In this document: piece after piece, positions 26,036 through 35,825 of the stretch
Layout: each line of letters begins with the position of its first letter
Numbering within the stretch: the first letter of the stretch is position 1
Source of the DNA: an uncultured Caldisericota bacterium
GTDB taxonomy: Bacteria; Caldisericota; Caldisericia; UBA6126
NCBI GenBank assembly: GCA_964427915.1
Contig: CAYRWA010000053.1
Location: 1,667-65,666, forward strand
DNA length: 64,000 nucleotides
Direction of reading: 5' to 3'
Position numbers and translations under genes: made by a program
The notes under the pieces: model-generated
The model's database searches: none
The model's input: only the letters and a program-made list of their open reading frames with translations
Told to the model about the DNA's origin: nothing

Positions 26036-27715
26036 TTATTCAAGCAGGGTACTTTTAATGTGCTGTGACTGGTATTGTTTTTTTGCGAACCGATGAGATT
26101 CATCCCGTATTTGTTGCAACAACCGAAGCACTTCCGATCTTTCTTTATCCAATCGAATAGGGTGAGAGCTATTTTCACTGAATACTAGCTCTTCTTTTTT
26201 TGCTAGCGATAGAACGGGGAGTTGAATAGCATTTTCCTGCAAGACATTTGAGACAGCATGTAATTGACCTATTCCTCCATCAATCAAAAACAGGTCTGGC
26301 AAAGTACCAAAATCTTCATCATCGTGTTGAATTCTTCTTTGGATTACTTCTCGGAGAGAACCAGTATCGTCTGGCAAAGCAGAGAGTCTTACTTTGAAGT
26401 ACCGGTAATATTTTTTGGCGGGTTTTCCATTGATAAACACTACCATTGAACCAATTGTATTTGTTCCTTGCATATGGGAAATGTCATATCCTTCTATTCG
26501 ATAAGGAATGGAGGGCAATTGGAAAGTTTTCTGTACAGTAAGAAGCAATGGATTTAATTGCTCAAAATAGTGAGGAAACTTTGTTTGAAAATGATTTTTT
26601 GCATTCTCTAAACAAAAATCAATGAGTTGTTTTTTTGCCCCTCTTTTTGGATTCTTTATTTCTAACGAAGAACCTGGAAACTTTGATTGAATTTGTTTTT
26701 TTATTTCCCTAAAGGTGGGGCATTCTACATTGACAAGAATTTCTTTCGGAGGGGAAAAGTAACTCAAATCCAAGTAGTATTGTAGTAAAAAACTCTGTAA
26801 AATACCTTCCTCATCTTCGTCGAATGTCTGGTGGTAATAGAAGTGATCTTCATATATTACCTTTCCTTCTCTTACTTTCATTACATCAATAACAGCTTTA
26901 TCATGTAGGGAAAATATTGCCAACAGATCACCATTAAAATCTGGATTGGTGATTACCCTTTGTTTTTCCTGAATAGCATCAATAGACTGAATCTGATCTC
27001 GCAATAGAGCAGCATACTCATATTTTTGTTCTTTGGCTGCTAGTACCATGTTTTCCTTTAATTGGGATTGAATTGTGTGGACGTTGTTTTTTAGAAATTG
27101 AATAGCCAATTGTACTTGTTTTTTATACTCACCTTCAGCAACATCTCCTTTGCAGCAGCCAGGACACTGGTTCATGTAATAACGAAGACAAGGGTTCTGA
27201 TCATTTTTTCTTATTGTTTTCTTGCAGTTTCGGAGATGGAACGTTTTTAAAATCAACCGGTGCAAATAGGATGCTTTTTTTGCGCTCGTAAAGGGCCCGA
27301 AATAGATTCCGTCATCCTTTCGAATTCTCATTGCTTTTAAAAATGACGGGAATCGGTGATTCGTGAACATTAAGTATTGGTACCCTTTTGCATCTTTCAA
27401 CGCTCGATTGTATTCAGGCAAAAGACGTTTGATAAAATTACACTCTAAAACCAGGGCCTCATAGGCTGACTTTGTGGCAATGTATTCAATGGTAGATACA
27501 TGTTGCATTAAATCTCGTATCCGATGATTTCTTTTTTGATGGTAAAAGTAAGAACTTACTCTTTTTTTCAAAGATGTTGCTTTCCCTACATATAACACTT
27601 CTTCATTTTGGTTGCGCATAATATATATGCCTGGGGAATCCGGGAAAGAATGAACTTGATCTAGCAGAAGATCCCATTTTGGGTTTTTTTTGTTGGATTG
27701 TTTATCGTTTTGCAT
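26036..27715 (-). CDS. uvrC: Excinuclease ABC subunit C, apparently lacking the C-terminal (HhH)2 domain
   Basis: It has a GIY-YIG domain (GIYIMRNQ...LYVGKA), a UvrBC-interaction region and an endonuclease domain (FLIDGGIGQL, DESHRFA). The protein ends 17 aa after HRFA. Confidence 0.85.
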   Translation of the reverse strand: MQNDKQSNKKNPKWDLLLDQVHSFPDSPGIYIMRNQNEEVLYVGKATSLKKRVSSYFYHQKRNHRIRDLMQHVSTIEYIATKSAYEALVLECNFIKRLLPEYNRALKDAKGYQYLMFTNHRFPSFLKAMRIRKDDGIYFGPFTSAKKASYLHRLILKTFHLRNCKKTIRKNDQNPCLRYYMNQCPGCCKGDVAEGEYKKQVQLAIQFLKNNVHTIQSQLKENMVLAAKEQKYEYAALLRDQIQSIDAIQEKQRVITNPDFNGDLLAIFSLHDKAVIDVMKVREGKVIYEDHFYYHQTFDEDEEGILQSFLLQYYLDLSYFSPPKEILVNVECPTFREIKKQIQSKFPGSSLEIKNPKRGAKKQLIDFCLENAKNHFQTKFPHYFEQLNPLLLTVQKTFQLPSIPYRIEGYDISHMQGTNTIGSMVVFINGKPAKKYYRYFKVRLSALPDDTGSLREVIQRRIQHDDEDFGTLPDLFLIDGGIGQLHAVSNVLQENAIQLPVLSLAKKEELVFSENSSHPIRLDKERSEVLRLLQQIRDESHRFAKKQYQSQHIKSTLLE

Positions 27716-27793
27716 TTCTTACGATGTATTGTAACATTTTTTCTGGTAAATTTTGTTACTATTACTAGTAGATCAATTGTATGGGGTGTTACA

Positions 27794-28831
27794 TTGAGAA
27801 AAACAATCATTACGTTTTTTGCTGTACTTAGTATAGCTATGTCTGGGTTTGGAACTGCTTTTGCGACGGAAGATCAAAAAGGCTGTACAATAGATGTTTA
27901 TTCTCATCTTGATGTAGAACTGTTTCACACCGTTGCATTCTTATCTTCTATTGAGCAATATTCCAATTGCCAGTTGTTAACTAGCGTTTTTCTGTACAAG
28001 GCCAAAGAGTTTTTTGCACCATGGAAAGACCATTTGGTTGTCAAACAATACAACGAACTGAAAAAGGAAGACCTTATTGACCTTGTGTACCCGATTCTTT
28101 TGCAAGACAAAACCTGGGAAGATGTTGATACAGACCTTTATGTCATGGAAGCAGATAGAGAAAAAATTGAGAACTTTTTAGAGACTATGCAAGATTTTTC
28201 ACAAGAGTCCAACTTTGATCAATTTATGACCACAATGAAACATCCTTACTCACAAATTGTTTCTTCTTTTCGACTCACCGACCATATTCAAGAAGAAATT
28301 ACTACTGCAGAAGTTTTTTTTGGTTACAGTTTTCGCAAAGTTCATGTCTTGCTTTGCCCAACACGATTGTATGAGATGAATACATTGGTTACTTTGGATC
28401 CCGATTCCCACGAAAAAGACTTGTTTATTCTTGCATCTCTTACTGATGTACACAATGGATATTTACAGTTTGGTACGAAGGATTCATTCAGTGATCTTTT
28501 GTCAGAAACAGTCCCTGTTTTTCTATTTCAGCAAGCGATTCAATATTATGGATTGAAAATGGATCAGTTTACAGAACAAACCAATCAGCTATTTGTTTCT
28601 CAGCTTTGCGAAGCTCTTAGAATTGCTGCTTTTGGTACCGTTTATACTGGAATGCCCGTCGAGGATTATCTTCATCTATGTGACCAAAAAGGAGACACTT
28701 TTGTTTCCCCCATTTGCTCTCTTATTGAACAAGAGTATACTACAGCCAGAGAAGAGTATGCTCATTTTATTTCGTATACTCCTCAATTCTATCAGTCAAT
28801 CATGGCTCTTTATGATGGAGGTGATGTATGA
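27794..28831 (+). CDS. Secreted hypothetical protein
   Basis: TTG 27794 follows GGGGTG and gives a signal peptide (LRKTIITFFAVLSIAMSGFGTAFA). The ORF-track start at 27698 overlaps uvrC. No family recognised. Confidence 0.5.
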   Translation: MRKTIITFFAVLSIAMSGFGTAFATEDQKGCTIDVYSHLDVELFHTVAFLSSIEQYSNCQLLTSVFLYKAKEFFAPWKDHLVVKQYNELKKEDLIDLVYPILLQDKTWEDVDTDLYVMEADREKIENFLETMQDFSQESNFDQFMTTMKHPYSQIVSSFRLTDHIQEEITTAEVFFGYSFRKVHVLLCPTRLYEMNTLVTLDPDSHEKDLFILASLTDVHNGYLQFGTKDSFSDLLSETVPVFLFQQAIQYYGLKMDQFTEQTNQLFVSQLCEALRIAAFGTVYTGMPVEDYLHLCDQKGDTFVSPICSLIEQEYTTAREEYAHFISYTPQFYQSIMALYDGGDV

Positions 28832-29784
28832 GAATTGCTGTTTTAACCTCTGGTGGTGATGCTCCTGGAATGAATGCGGCGATCCGAGCTGTAACCCGAA
28901 CAGCCATTTACAAGGGTATGGAAGTGATGGGTGTGAAAAAAGGGTATGCCGGCCTAATGGACGGGGAGTTTCAAAAAATGTGTTCCCGCGATGTTGGCAG
29001 TATTCTTTCACTGGGAGGAACCATACTGCTAACTGCTAGAGCTCCAGAATTTGAATCGGAAGAGGGAATTAACAGAGCCCTTGCATCGTTAGAAAAATAT
29101 AAAATTGATGTTCTTGTCATTATTGGTGGAAATGGAACGCAAAAAGGCTCCTATGCTCTGCATCAAAGGGGTTTTCCTGTCGTTGGTATTGCATCAACAA
29201 TTGACAATGATGTATATGGGACTCACAGTACAATCGGATTTGATACTGCGTTGAATAATGCGGTAGGAGCAATCGATAAAATTCGAGATACTGCCACGAG
29301 CCATCAACGAGTATTTGTTGTTGAATTAATGGGAAGAGACAGAGGGATCCTTGCTCTGAATTGTGGTATTGCCGTAGGAGCCGACTGTATTGTCATTCCT
29401 GAAAGAACGTTTAATATTAATCACATTTCTGAAAGAATTAAGGGTAATTTTGAATTGGGTAAGAAACATTTCATTGTTGTTCTTGCAGAGGGGTCAGCAA
29501 AGGCCGAGAAATTTGCGGATGCCTTGTACCTTATTTCAGGTATTCATGCGAGTATCAGTGTTTTAGGATATTTGCAAAGAGGTGGAAATCCTACCTTTCA
29601 AGATCGATTTTTAGCAACTAATTTTGGAGTTAATGCTGTTGAGCTTGTAGACCAAAAGAAGTTTGGTTATGTTGTGGGAATGCAAAACACTCATGTTGTC
29701 CATATCCCCATGGAAGATGTTGCTACGAATATCAAACCAATCGATGAAACGCTATTTGAATTACAAAGATATCTTTGTATTTAG
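28828..29784 (+). CDS. pfkA: ATP-dependent 6-phosphofructokinase
   Basis: It has MRIAVLTSGGDAPGMNAAIR, GIASTIDND and ELMGR motifs, and is 318 aa long. Confidence 0.92.
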   Translation: MRIAVLTSGGDAPGMNAAIRAVTRTAIYKGMEVMGVKKGYAGLMDGEFQKMCSRDVGSILSLGGTILLTARAPEFESEEGINRALASLEKYKIDVLVIIGGNGTQKGSYALHQRGFPVVGIASTIDNDVYGTHSTIGFDTALNNAVGAIDKIRDTATSHQRVFVVELMGRDRGILALNCGIAVGADCIVIPERTFNINHISERIKGNFELGKKHFIVVLAEGSAKAEKFADALYLISGIHASISVLGYLQRGGNPTFQDRFLATNFGVNAVELVDQKKFGYVVGMQNTHVVHIPMEDVATNIKPIDETLFELQRYLCI

Positions 29785-29824
29785 CTTGCTTGTTCTTGCC
29801 GTATAGAAGTGCATAGACAATCAA

Positions 29825-31315
29825 TCATTTAGGGATTCCATTTGGCAACAATGTAAGTTTCTCAAAATCCTCTAGAGAAATAGAAACAGAAGATTGGTGT
29901 AGAATTTTACCTGTCATATCTGATACAGGAAAAGGTTTCATAAACTGTACTTCCCGTTGCATTTTTTTCAAATCCAACATATTGTTTTGTTGGTCTTCGT
30001 AATATATATGGGTTTTATCTGAATCTGGAATAAAGTTCTTTTTCATTTTTTCTAGTGTTGGTTTCCATTGAGAAACCTTCCAAGGGTTCTCAATATATTC
30101 AAGGTAAGAGTGAACTGGGTTATTTCCATCAACAGATGATTCAGGAGAAGGATACAGTCCTTCTATACGAAGAGAAACTTTTTCTGGATAGCTACTAGAA
30201 AAACTTTTCATGCGGTAACGGTTCTGCGTAAACCATCCTTGGGCAGTAGAGTAACTGGAATCTAGTTCCGCTACAAGAAACAAATCACTGTTTTTTTGAA
30301 AACCCAACACAATCATTCCTGCACTTCCATCGTAGAGTCTTTTCTTTGCAATCCATTCGTAGGAGAGATCGGGATATTGACTGAACAAGTGGATATGATC
30401 TGTTTTTCCATTGAAGTAAACTTGTATGAAGTCAGCATCGTAAGAACTTTTAGGATGGTTTTCTAAAAGAATGTTTTCACCATTAAAGAACATTTTGTTT
30501 TCAAAACCTGGATAAAAACCTGGAACTGCATAGCAGTTTTTTGTACCATCAACTGCATGAAATGTTCCCACAAAACTATTGTGGGTGGCAAAGTGGACCG
30601 ATGTTGTATCATGATCCGACGAAACATTGGGTATCACACTGCATATTGAATGGGGTGACTGCGTGTTTTTTTGGTTGGTTGGAATGTGAAGCAAAGAAGT
30701 TTGTTGCAGGGCAATATGGGAAGGTTCTGTTTCAGCAAAATCTATAATGATTCCATATTCACTGGTGCCCATGTTATAGGATCCAACCATAATGATGTGG
30801 TTAGAAATGATACACATATTTTGTATTGAAAGACCACTGCTTGAATACGTAAGTACATCTTGCGGGGAAGAATCTTGTATTCGATTTCTATTAATGGGTA
30901 AGAAGTGTAATTGGTTAACAGGGTCATTGCCAAAAGTAGTTGTCTCAAAAACAAGGTATAGTGAGTGTTCAGTTGGAAACCAGACAAGCATGTCACTCGT
31001 TAGATTTTGGTCCATTGGGGGATTGTAAGCGACCGATTCTAGAATAGCCCCGGTACTATCTGAAATGAATGTCACTAGTTGACGAGAACCATCCCCTCCA
31101 ACAATGGCGGCATGAATTGTTTGATCTGGGTTGTCTCCGCGAGATGGTAAGGAGACGGTTTTTGTAAAGTGAAGCGCTTCATCGGTTTGTTCTAATGTAA
31201 ACTGCACATAAGTATGAGTGGAAGTGCATGATAAAAAGCTAACACAAAAAAGAAAAGGTATGAAATAGACTATATATCGAAGGAAATGTTTTCTAATTCG
31301 GTTGGTTTTCTTCAT
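29825..31315 (-). CDS. Hypothetical lipoprotein/secreted protein
   Basis: It has a signal sequence with a Cys (FLFCVSFLSCTST). Its start overlaps the upstream stop. No family recognised. Confidence 0.5.
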   Translation of the reverse strand: MKKTNRIRKHFLRYIVYFIPFLFCVSFLSCTSTHTYVQFTLEQTDEALHFTKTVSLPSRGDNPDQTIHAAIVGGDGSRQLVTFISDSTGAILESVAYNPPMDQNLTSDMLVWFPTEHSLYLVFETTTFGNDPVNQLHFLPINRNRIQDSSPQDVLTYSSSGLSIQNMCIISNHIIMVGSYNMGTSEYGIIIDFAETEPSHIALQQTSLLHIPTNQKNTQSPHSICSVIPNVSSDHDTTSVHFATHNSFVGTFHAVDGTKNCYAVPGFYPGFENKMFFNGENILLENHPKSSYDADFIQVYFNGKTDHIHLFSQYPDLSYEWIAKKRLYDGSAGMIVLGFQKNSDLFLVAELDSSYSTAQGWFTQNRYRMKSFSSSYPEKVSLRIEGLYPSPESSVDGNNPVHSYLEYIENPWKVSQWKPTLEKMKKNFIPDSDKTHIYYEDQQNNMLDLKKMQREVQFMKPFPVSDMTGKILHQSSVSISLEDFEKLTLLPNGIPK

Positions 31316-32697
31316 GATAACTCCCTAGACAAAGGATTGTTGATTTCAGTTCCAAAAGGAAGTGATTCCAGCGTTTCTCCACGGAAATAAATGTGAAATG
31401 ATCGGAAACCAGTATTCTCTGATAGTGTTAGAATAAGCTGTTCTAAAAAGTTTTCTTCTTGTTGAGCATTGAGAAATTCGCTCATCTCCATGTCAAGGTC
31501 AATCATGAGAGAATTCTCTTCGCCAGGAGTAACAGAAATAAGCTTTGTTCCAGAGGGGATATCGGATACTATTCCCATATCTCGTTCATCTGAGGATGGG
31601 CCTTTTAAGAGGTTTTGAAGGAGATCTTCAGGTGAGAGAGTTGTATCTTGTTTGTTGGATCGAAAAACTGGTAGCAAATAGTGGTTTTGTTCTTTTTTTA
31701 GCACATAATACAAAATGGATGCGTTCTCTATGTCGAAACCATGCCAACGTTGATAGGGTTCTAAAGAAGATGTATGACCTCCTATGGTATCAATGTTTTC
31801 TCCATCAATTTGAATGCGAACGTTTTGAATTTGAGGAAGTTCTGTGAGGGACAATGTGATAGTATTCACTAAACCCAGTTCAGCATTCGCTCCATAACGG
31901 AATCTTTGAAACTCGGGTGAAAGATCTAAAAAAAGGCTTCCGTCTTCGATTAAAATACTGTTTATAGATACTTCTTCTGGGAAAAAACTTGTGATATCTT
32001 CATTACCTTGATAACGAATCATGAGTTGGGTTACAATACTTGCCACTGTATCGTTGATTTCTGATGAAGCGGGGATTTCTACTTTCGTTAACAGAAACAT
32101 GTTCGTGGGAAGATGGTAGTAGTACATTCGAACAAACTGTCCTTTAGGCAACTGACTTGACAACCGAATTAATGGTTCTGAGAGAGAAATATATTGTTTA
32201 AATGTGGGATCTTTTTTGCCTTGGATGGACAACTGTACTTTTTGAATAGAGTCCAATTCGGTTACAGTATTTACGATAGAATAAACCGCTGCTGCTTCTT
32301 GAGAAACTGAAGAGATGGATTTAGAGATCATATCTTCTTCTAGTACAAGACTACAGATTCCTTCTTTTAAGGAAACATTTGACACGGATCCATGCACTGG
32401 TATAAAGGATTGTAAATTACTGTCCTTGGGAGGCTTTGAGAGTTCTTCTAATAGGATTTTCACAATTTTCTCTGTTTGCCCCGATAGTGAAACTTTTCGA
32501 TTTACAGGGACTAACTCGTCTTTTTCTGAGTCATAAAAATACAATTTTGCAGTAGAAACGGTAAGGTCATGACGATGCTGGTAAAAATAATAACCTGCCA
32601 TGATCAGAAAGCAAAGGGTGATGACAACAAATAGTATGCCCTGCTGTTTTTTCTTATGCGCCAGCGAATGAATGATATATCCGTTTTTGTTTCTCAT
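31312..32697 (-). CDS. Membrane-anchored protein with three GerMN-like domains
   Basis: It has a TM helix and then three repeats of the GerMN pattern (LYFYDSEKDELVPVNRKV...LLEELSKPP, VRMYYYHLPTNMFLL..., ILYYVLKKEQNHYLLPVFR...LLKGPS). Confidence 0.65.
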   Translation of the reverse strand: MRNKNGYIIHSLAHKKKQQGILFVVITLCFLIMAGYYFYQHRHDLTVSTAKLYFYDSEKDELVPVNRKVSLSGQTEKIVKILLEELSKPPKDSNLQSFIPVHGSVSNVSLKEGICSLVLEEDMISKSISSVSQEAAAVYSIVNTVTELDSIQKVQLSIQGKKDPTFKQYISLSEPLIRLSSQLPKGQFVRMYYYHLPTNMFLLTKVEIPASSEINDTVASIVTQLMIRYQGNEDITSFFPEEVSINSILIEDGSLFLDLSPEFQRFRYGANAELGLVNTITLSLTELPQIQNVRIQIDGENIDTIGGHTSSLEPYQRWHGFDIENASILYYVLKKEQNHYLLPVFRSNKQDTTLSPEDLLQNLLKGPSSDERDMGIVSDIPSGTKLISVTPGEENSLMIDLDMEMSEFLNAQQEENFLEQLILTLSENTGFRSFHIYFRGETLESLPFGTEINNPLSRELS

Positions 32698-34313
32698 GAC
32701 TCAAATTGATAGCCAAAATAGTGAGAAAGTAAAGAAAAATCTTTTTGATTGATGCTATATAAAGGATACTCCAAGGGAACTTTGCCCAAGGGATGATAGG
32801 GAATAGATACATTGTCTGGGTGTATAATGGATAGGGCAGTGTATGTGGATATTTGCAGGATTTCTTGTAAGTTTTCTTTCACAATCAAGGTAGGAACATC
32901 CTTTGGAGTGTGATAGGTGTCCCATACGTTTTTTCCACTTCTCCAAAAGAAAACGCAGGGAACATTGTTTTTGTGAAAAAAGTATTGATCGGATCCACTC
33001 CATAAACCCCCAGCGATGAACTCTATAGGAATGCCCAATTCATCAGATGCTTCCTGAATCCTATTACATAAATCCGGATAAAAGCTATCGTCAGTTCCTG
33101 CTATTAAGGCTGTATCACCAACGCCAACCATATCCAGATTAATGACGCCAGCAATTTTTTCAAGAGGAAACAATGGATTGTTTACATACCATTTGGAACC
33201 GATTAACCCTTCTTCTTCTCCGCTGAATGCAATAAAAACAATGTGCATGTCGGTTGTAAAGAGTTGTTCTTGTAACGTTTTGGCAATTTCTACCATAACT
33301 GATACTCCAGAAGCATTGTCATTGGCACCGAAATAATAGTCTTTGTTGATAGAGTCTTGTCCGAGATGGTCATAATGGGCAGTGATGAGAAAGGATTCCA
33401 GTGTAGGGATTTGCGAAGGGATGAAGCCAATTACATTGGAAGTAGTTCGCGTTTCTTTTTTCACAGTAATGCTTATCTCAATGGATTCATGGATTACAAA
33501 TGAGACCGGCTTTCTATTGGATTCAATCGTGTCAACAATTGTCTTTGTTGAATAGGAATATGGTTCTAGGATGGTTTCTCCTGCATTAAGAGATAAAAAA
33601 CCACTCAATATAGAGGGTATAGTACCGGGATCATATACTTCTTTTTTCTCCCAATTTACAACGGTTGATTCAGCATTTTGATTGATAATGAGAATTGCTT
33701 TCGCCCCTTTTTTCTTGGCTGTTCCAATTTTGTGTTGGATATTGGAATAATCATAGGGAAGTGCAGACAAAAATGAAGGCTTTCCGCTTAAAACGACTAC
33801 CACCTTGTCTTGAACATCTATATCTCCATAGTCGTTATACTCTGTCGTTGCGATGCCAAAACCGGCAAAAACACCATCTGAAACATGCGAGCCAGAGTCA
33901 CTTTTGAGATAGGGATAAAACTCGTTTCGATAGAGAAATTCTTTGGTTGGAGTACCATGAAAGATGCATGTTGTTGGGTTCTCAATTTGAACATATGGGA
34001 CAGAAAAGGCTTGAAAGTAACTCCCTGGTTCATCCATTTGGCAAGGTTGCAAAGAAAGATCCTTCATGTATTGGCTAATCCACTCTGCAGAATTCTCACA
34101 CTCGGTTGTTCCTGATTGTCTTCCTGCAAAATCCCTAGAACATAGGGCTTGAATTGTGGAAAGAGCATTATCGGCAGAAGTTTGTGAGCTAATATACTTG
34201 TAATAAGCCGATCTTTGTGCTTCTAGAGGAGGTTGAGAGGAGCCAGTAAGAGAGGATAAATGGAGGGGAGAAAAAAGCTGGAAAACAACAAGAATTGTTG
34301 ATAATAATTTCAT
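32694..34313 (-). CDS. Secreted M28-family aminopeptidase with PA domain
   Basis: It has a signal peptide and zinc-ligand motifs (HYDHLG, GANDNASGVSVMVEIA, FSGEEEGLIGS). Confidence 0.8.
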   Translation of the reverse strand: MKLLSTILVVFQLFSPLHLSSLTGSSQPPLEAQRSAYYKYISSQTSADNALSTIQALCSRDFAGRQSGTTECENSAEWISQYMKDLSLQPCQMDEPGSYFQAFSVPYVQIENPTTCIFHGTPTKEFLYRNEFYPYLKSDSGSHVSDGVFAGFGIATTEYNDYGDIDVQDKVVVVLSGKPSFLSALPYDYSNIQHKIGTAKKKGAKAILIINQNAESTVVNWEKKEVYDPGTIPSILSGFLSLNAGETILEPYSYSTKTIVDTIESNRKPVSFVIHESIEISITVKKETRTTSNVIGFIPSQIPTLESFLITAHYDHLGQDSINKDYYFGANDNASGVSVMVEIAKTLQEQLFTTDMHIVFIAFSGEEEGLIGSKWYVNNPLFPLEKIAGVINLDMVGVGDTALIAGTDDSFYPDLCNRIQEASDELGIPIEFIAGGLWSGSDQYFFHKNNVPCVFFWRSGKNVWDTYHTPKDVPTLIVKENLQEILQISTYTALSIIHPDNVSIPYHPLGKVPLEYPLYSINQKDFSLLSHYFGYQFES

Positions 34314-34317
34314 GATT

Positions 34318-34797
34318 CTACAATTGATCGATTTGGTCTTTTTTGAATTGTTCCATCTGATTTAATATGGCCTGATAGGACTCATGAATGTACTCTCGGC
34401 GTCTAACTTGTTCTTCATCTTGTTGTTTAATCAGATTTCGAAAAGCTTTATGTAAATCTTGGAGAAGCTTAATGCATTCTTTTTTGGTTTTTTCTTTTAG
34501 TTCCTGCGATTTTTTATGAGCGAGTTGGACAACTTCTTCTTTGTTTAGTAGTTCCCTTTGATGATTCTTTGTATCTTCAATGATACTGGCAGCTTCTTGT
34601 CTAGCTGATTCTAAAATCTCGGAACGTTCTAAAAGTATCGTTTGCCCTTTTTTGATTTCGTGAGGATAGTTTTTTCGGATGGTTGTTACAATTTCTTCTA
34701 AAATCTCCTTGTTAACAATGACTGTCCCCGTTAGGGGAACATTTTTTGCATTTTCTAGAATGGAAACAAGTTGGTCTAATGTGTCAATAATGCTCAT
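34318..34797 (-). CDS. Coiled-coil hypothetical protein
   Basis: 159 aa, strongly helical and charged. It lies between coaD and the M28 peptidase gene. No confident family. Confidence 0.5.
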   Translation of the reverse strand: MSIIDTLDQLVSILENAKNVPLTGTVIVNKEILEEIVTTIRKNYPHEIKKGQTILLERSEILESARQEAASIIEDTKNHQRELLNKEEVVQLAHKKSQELKEKTKKECIKLLQDLHKAFRNLIKQQDEEQVRRREYIHESYQAILNQMEQFKKDQIDQL

Positions 34798-34798
34798 A

Positions 34799-35326
34799 TT
34801 ATCTCCTTTTTTCTAGGTAATCAGCAACAATATTGGGGACAAATACACGGATATTTCCTTGAAAATGAATCATTTCTTTCACCATAGAGGAACTTAGGTT
34901 TGCATGCTGTATGTTGCTCATAAAAAAGAGTACTTCAAAGGCGGGATAAATCTGTTTGTTGGTGATGGCCATCTGAAATTCATTTTCAAAATCAGAAAGA
35001 ACTCGTAAGCCACGTATGCAAACAGGAATGTCGTTGCATTTCATGAAATCAACCAATAGACCCTTACAAACTTCAACATGAATACGTGGATTTCCATGAA
35101 AATACTTTTGTAAGAGATTTACTCTCTCTTCAATTGAAAGAAAAGGGGTTTTTTTTCGGTTTTCTGCGACAAGGATGGTCAGGTTTTGAAAATATCGTAG
35201 GGATCGTTGTACAATATCAACGTGTCCAAAGGTTAGTGGGTCAAAACTACCTGGATATACAGCTTTTTTATTGCTGCACTCTTCGAATGATAGAGAGTTT
35301 GGTTCTTCCATAATGACGTTCCTCAC
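34799..35326 (-). CDS. coaD: Phosphopantetheine adenylyltransferase
   Basis: It has the AVYPGSFDPLTFGHVDIV nucleotidyltransferase motif. The true start is uncertain (35326 or 35311); either overlaps the rsmD 3' end. Confidence 0.88.
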   Translation of the reverse strand: MRNVIMEEPNSLSFEECSNKKAVYPGSFDPLTFGHVDIVQRSLRYFQNLTILVAENRKKTPFLSIEERVNLLQKYFHGNPRIHVEVCKGLLVDFMKCNDIPVCIRGLRVLSDFENEFQMAITNKQIYPAFEVLFFMSNIQHANLSSSMVKEMIHFQGNIRVFVPNIVADYLEKRR

Positions 35327-35825
35327 AATCCAAATCTAATGCTTTTGACATAGTTTGTATTTCATTTCGTTTTGTATGTTCAAGGATAATTGTACAATAG
35401 GGATTCATTTTTTTCGATATTTTTTGCAAAAGAAACAAATACTGATCGGTAGAATAGTCGTAGGGGGGGTCTAAAAAAATAAAATGAAATGAGTCAATTT
35501 TGCGATGTGTAAGATGATATTCGGCTGTTTCGCGAAAAAGGAGGAATTGATTCTCAGTAAAGTTTGCTTGGGAAAGATTTTTTTGGATGCTTCGTAGACA
35601 TGTAGGATTCTTTTCTACAAAACATACCTTTTTTGCTCCTTCGCTGATTGCATTAATCCCAATTGCCCCTGTTCCAGCAAACAAATCCAAAAAAAAACAG
35701 TCCGGAATCTCTTGTCGTAAGATATTAAAAAGAGCTTCTCGGACTTTGTTTGATGTAGGTCTTAAAGGAAGATGCGCGGGAGAAACAAGTGTTTTCCCGC
35801 GCCTGTTCCCAGAAATAATTTTCAT
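35268..35825 (-). CDS. rsmD: 16S rRNA (guanine966-N2)-methyltransferase
   Basis: It has MKIISGNRRGKTL...LRPTSNKVREALFNIL, a SAM-binding DLFAGTGA and a DPPY motif. Confidence 0.88.
   Translation of the reverse strand: MKIISGNRRGKTLVSPAHLPLRPTSNKVREALFNILRQEIPDCFFLDLFAGTGAIGINAISEGAKKVCFVEKNPTCLRSIQKNLSQANFTENQFLLFRETAEYHLTHRKIDSFHFIFLDPPYDYSTDQYLFLLQKISKKMNPYCTIILEHTKRNEIQTMSKALDLDCEERHYGRTKLSIIRRVQQ

Noticed and set aside
35463-35469. A G7/C7 homopolymer in an otherwise AT-rich genome could be a phase-variation tract.
   Set aside because: It encodes the conserved DPPY motif of RsmD (GAC CCC CCC TAC), a housekeeping gene. There is no evidence of variability.
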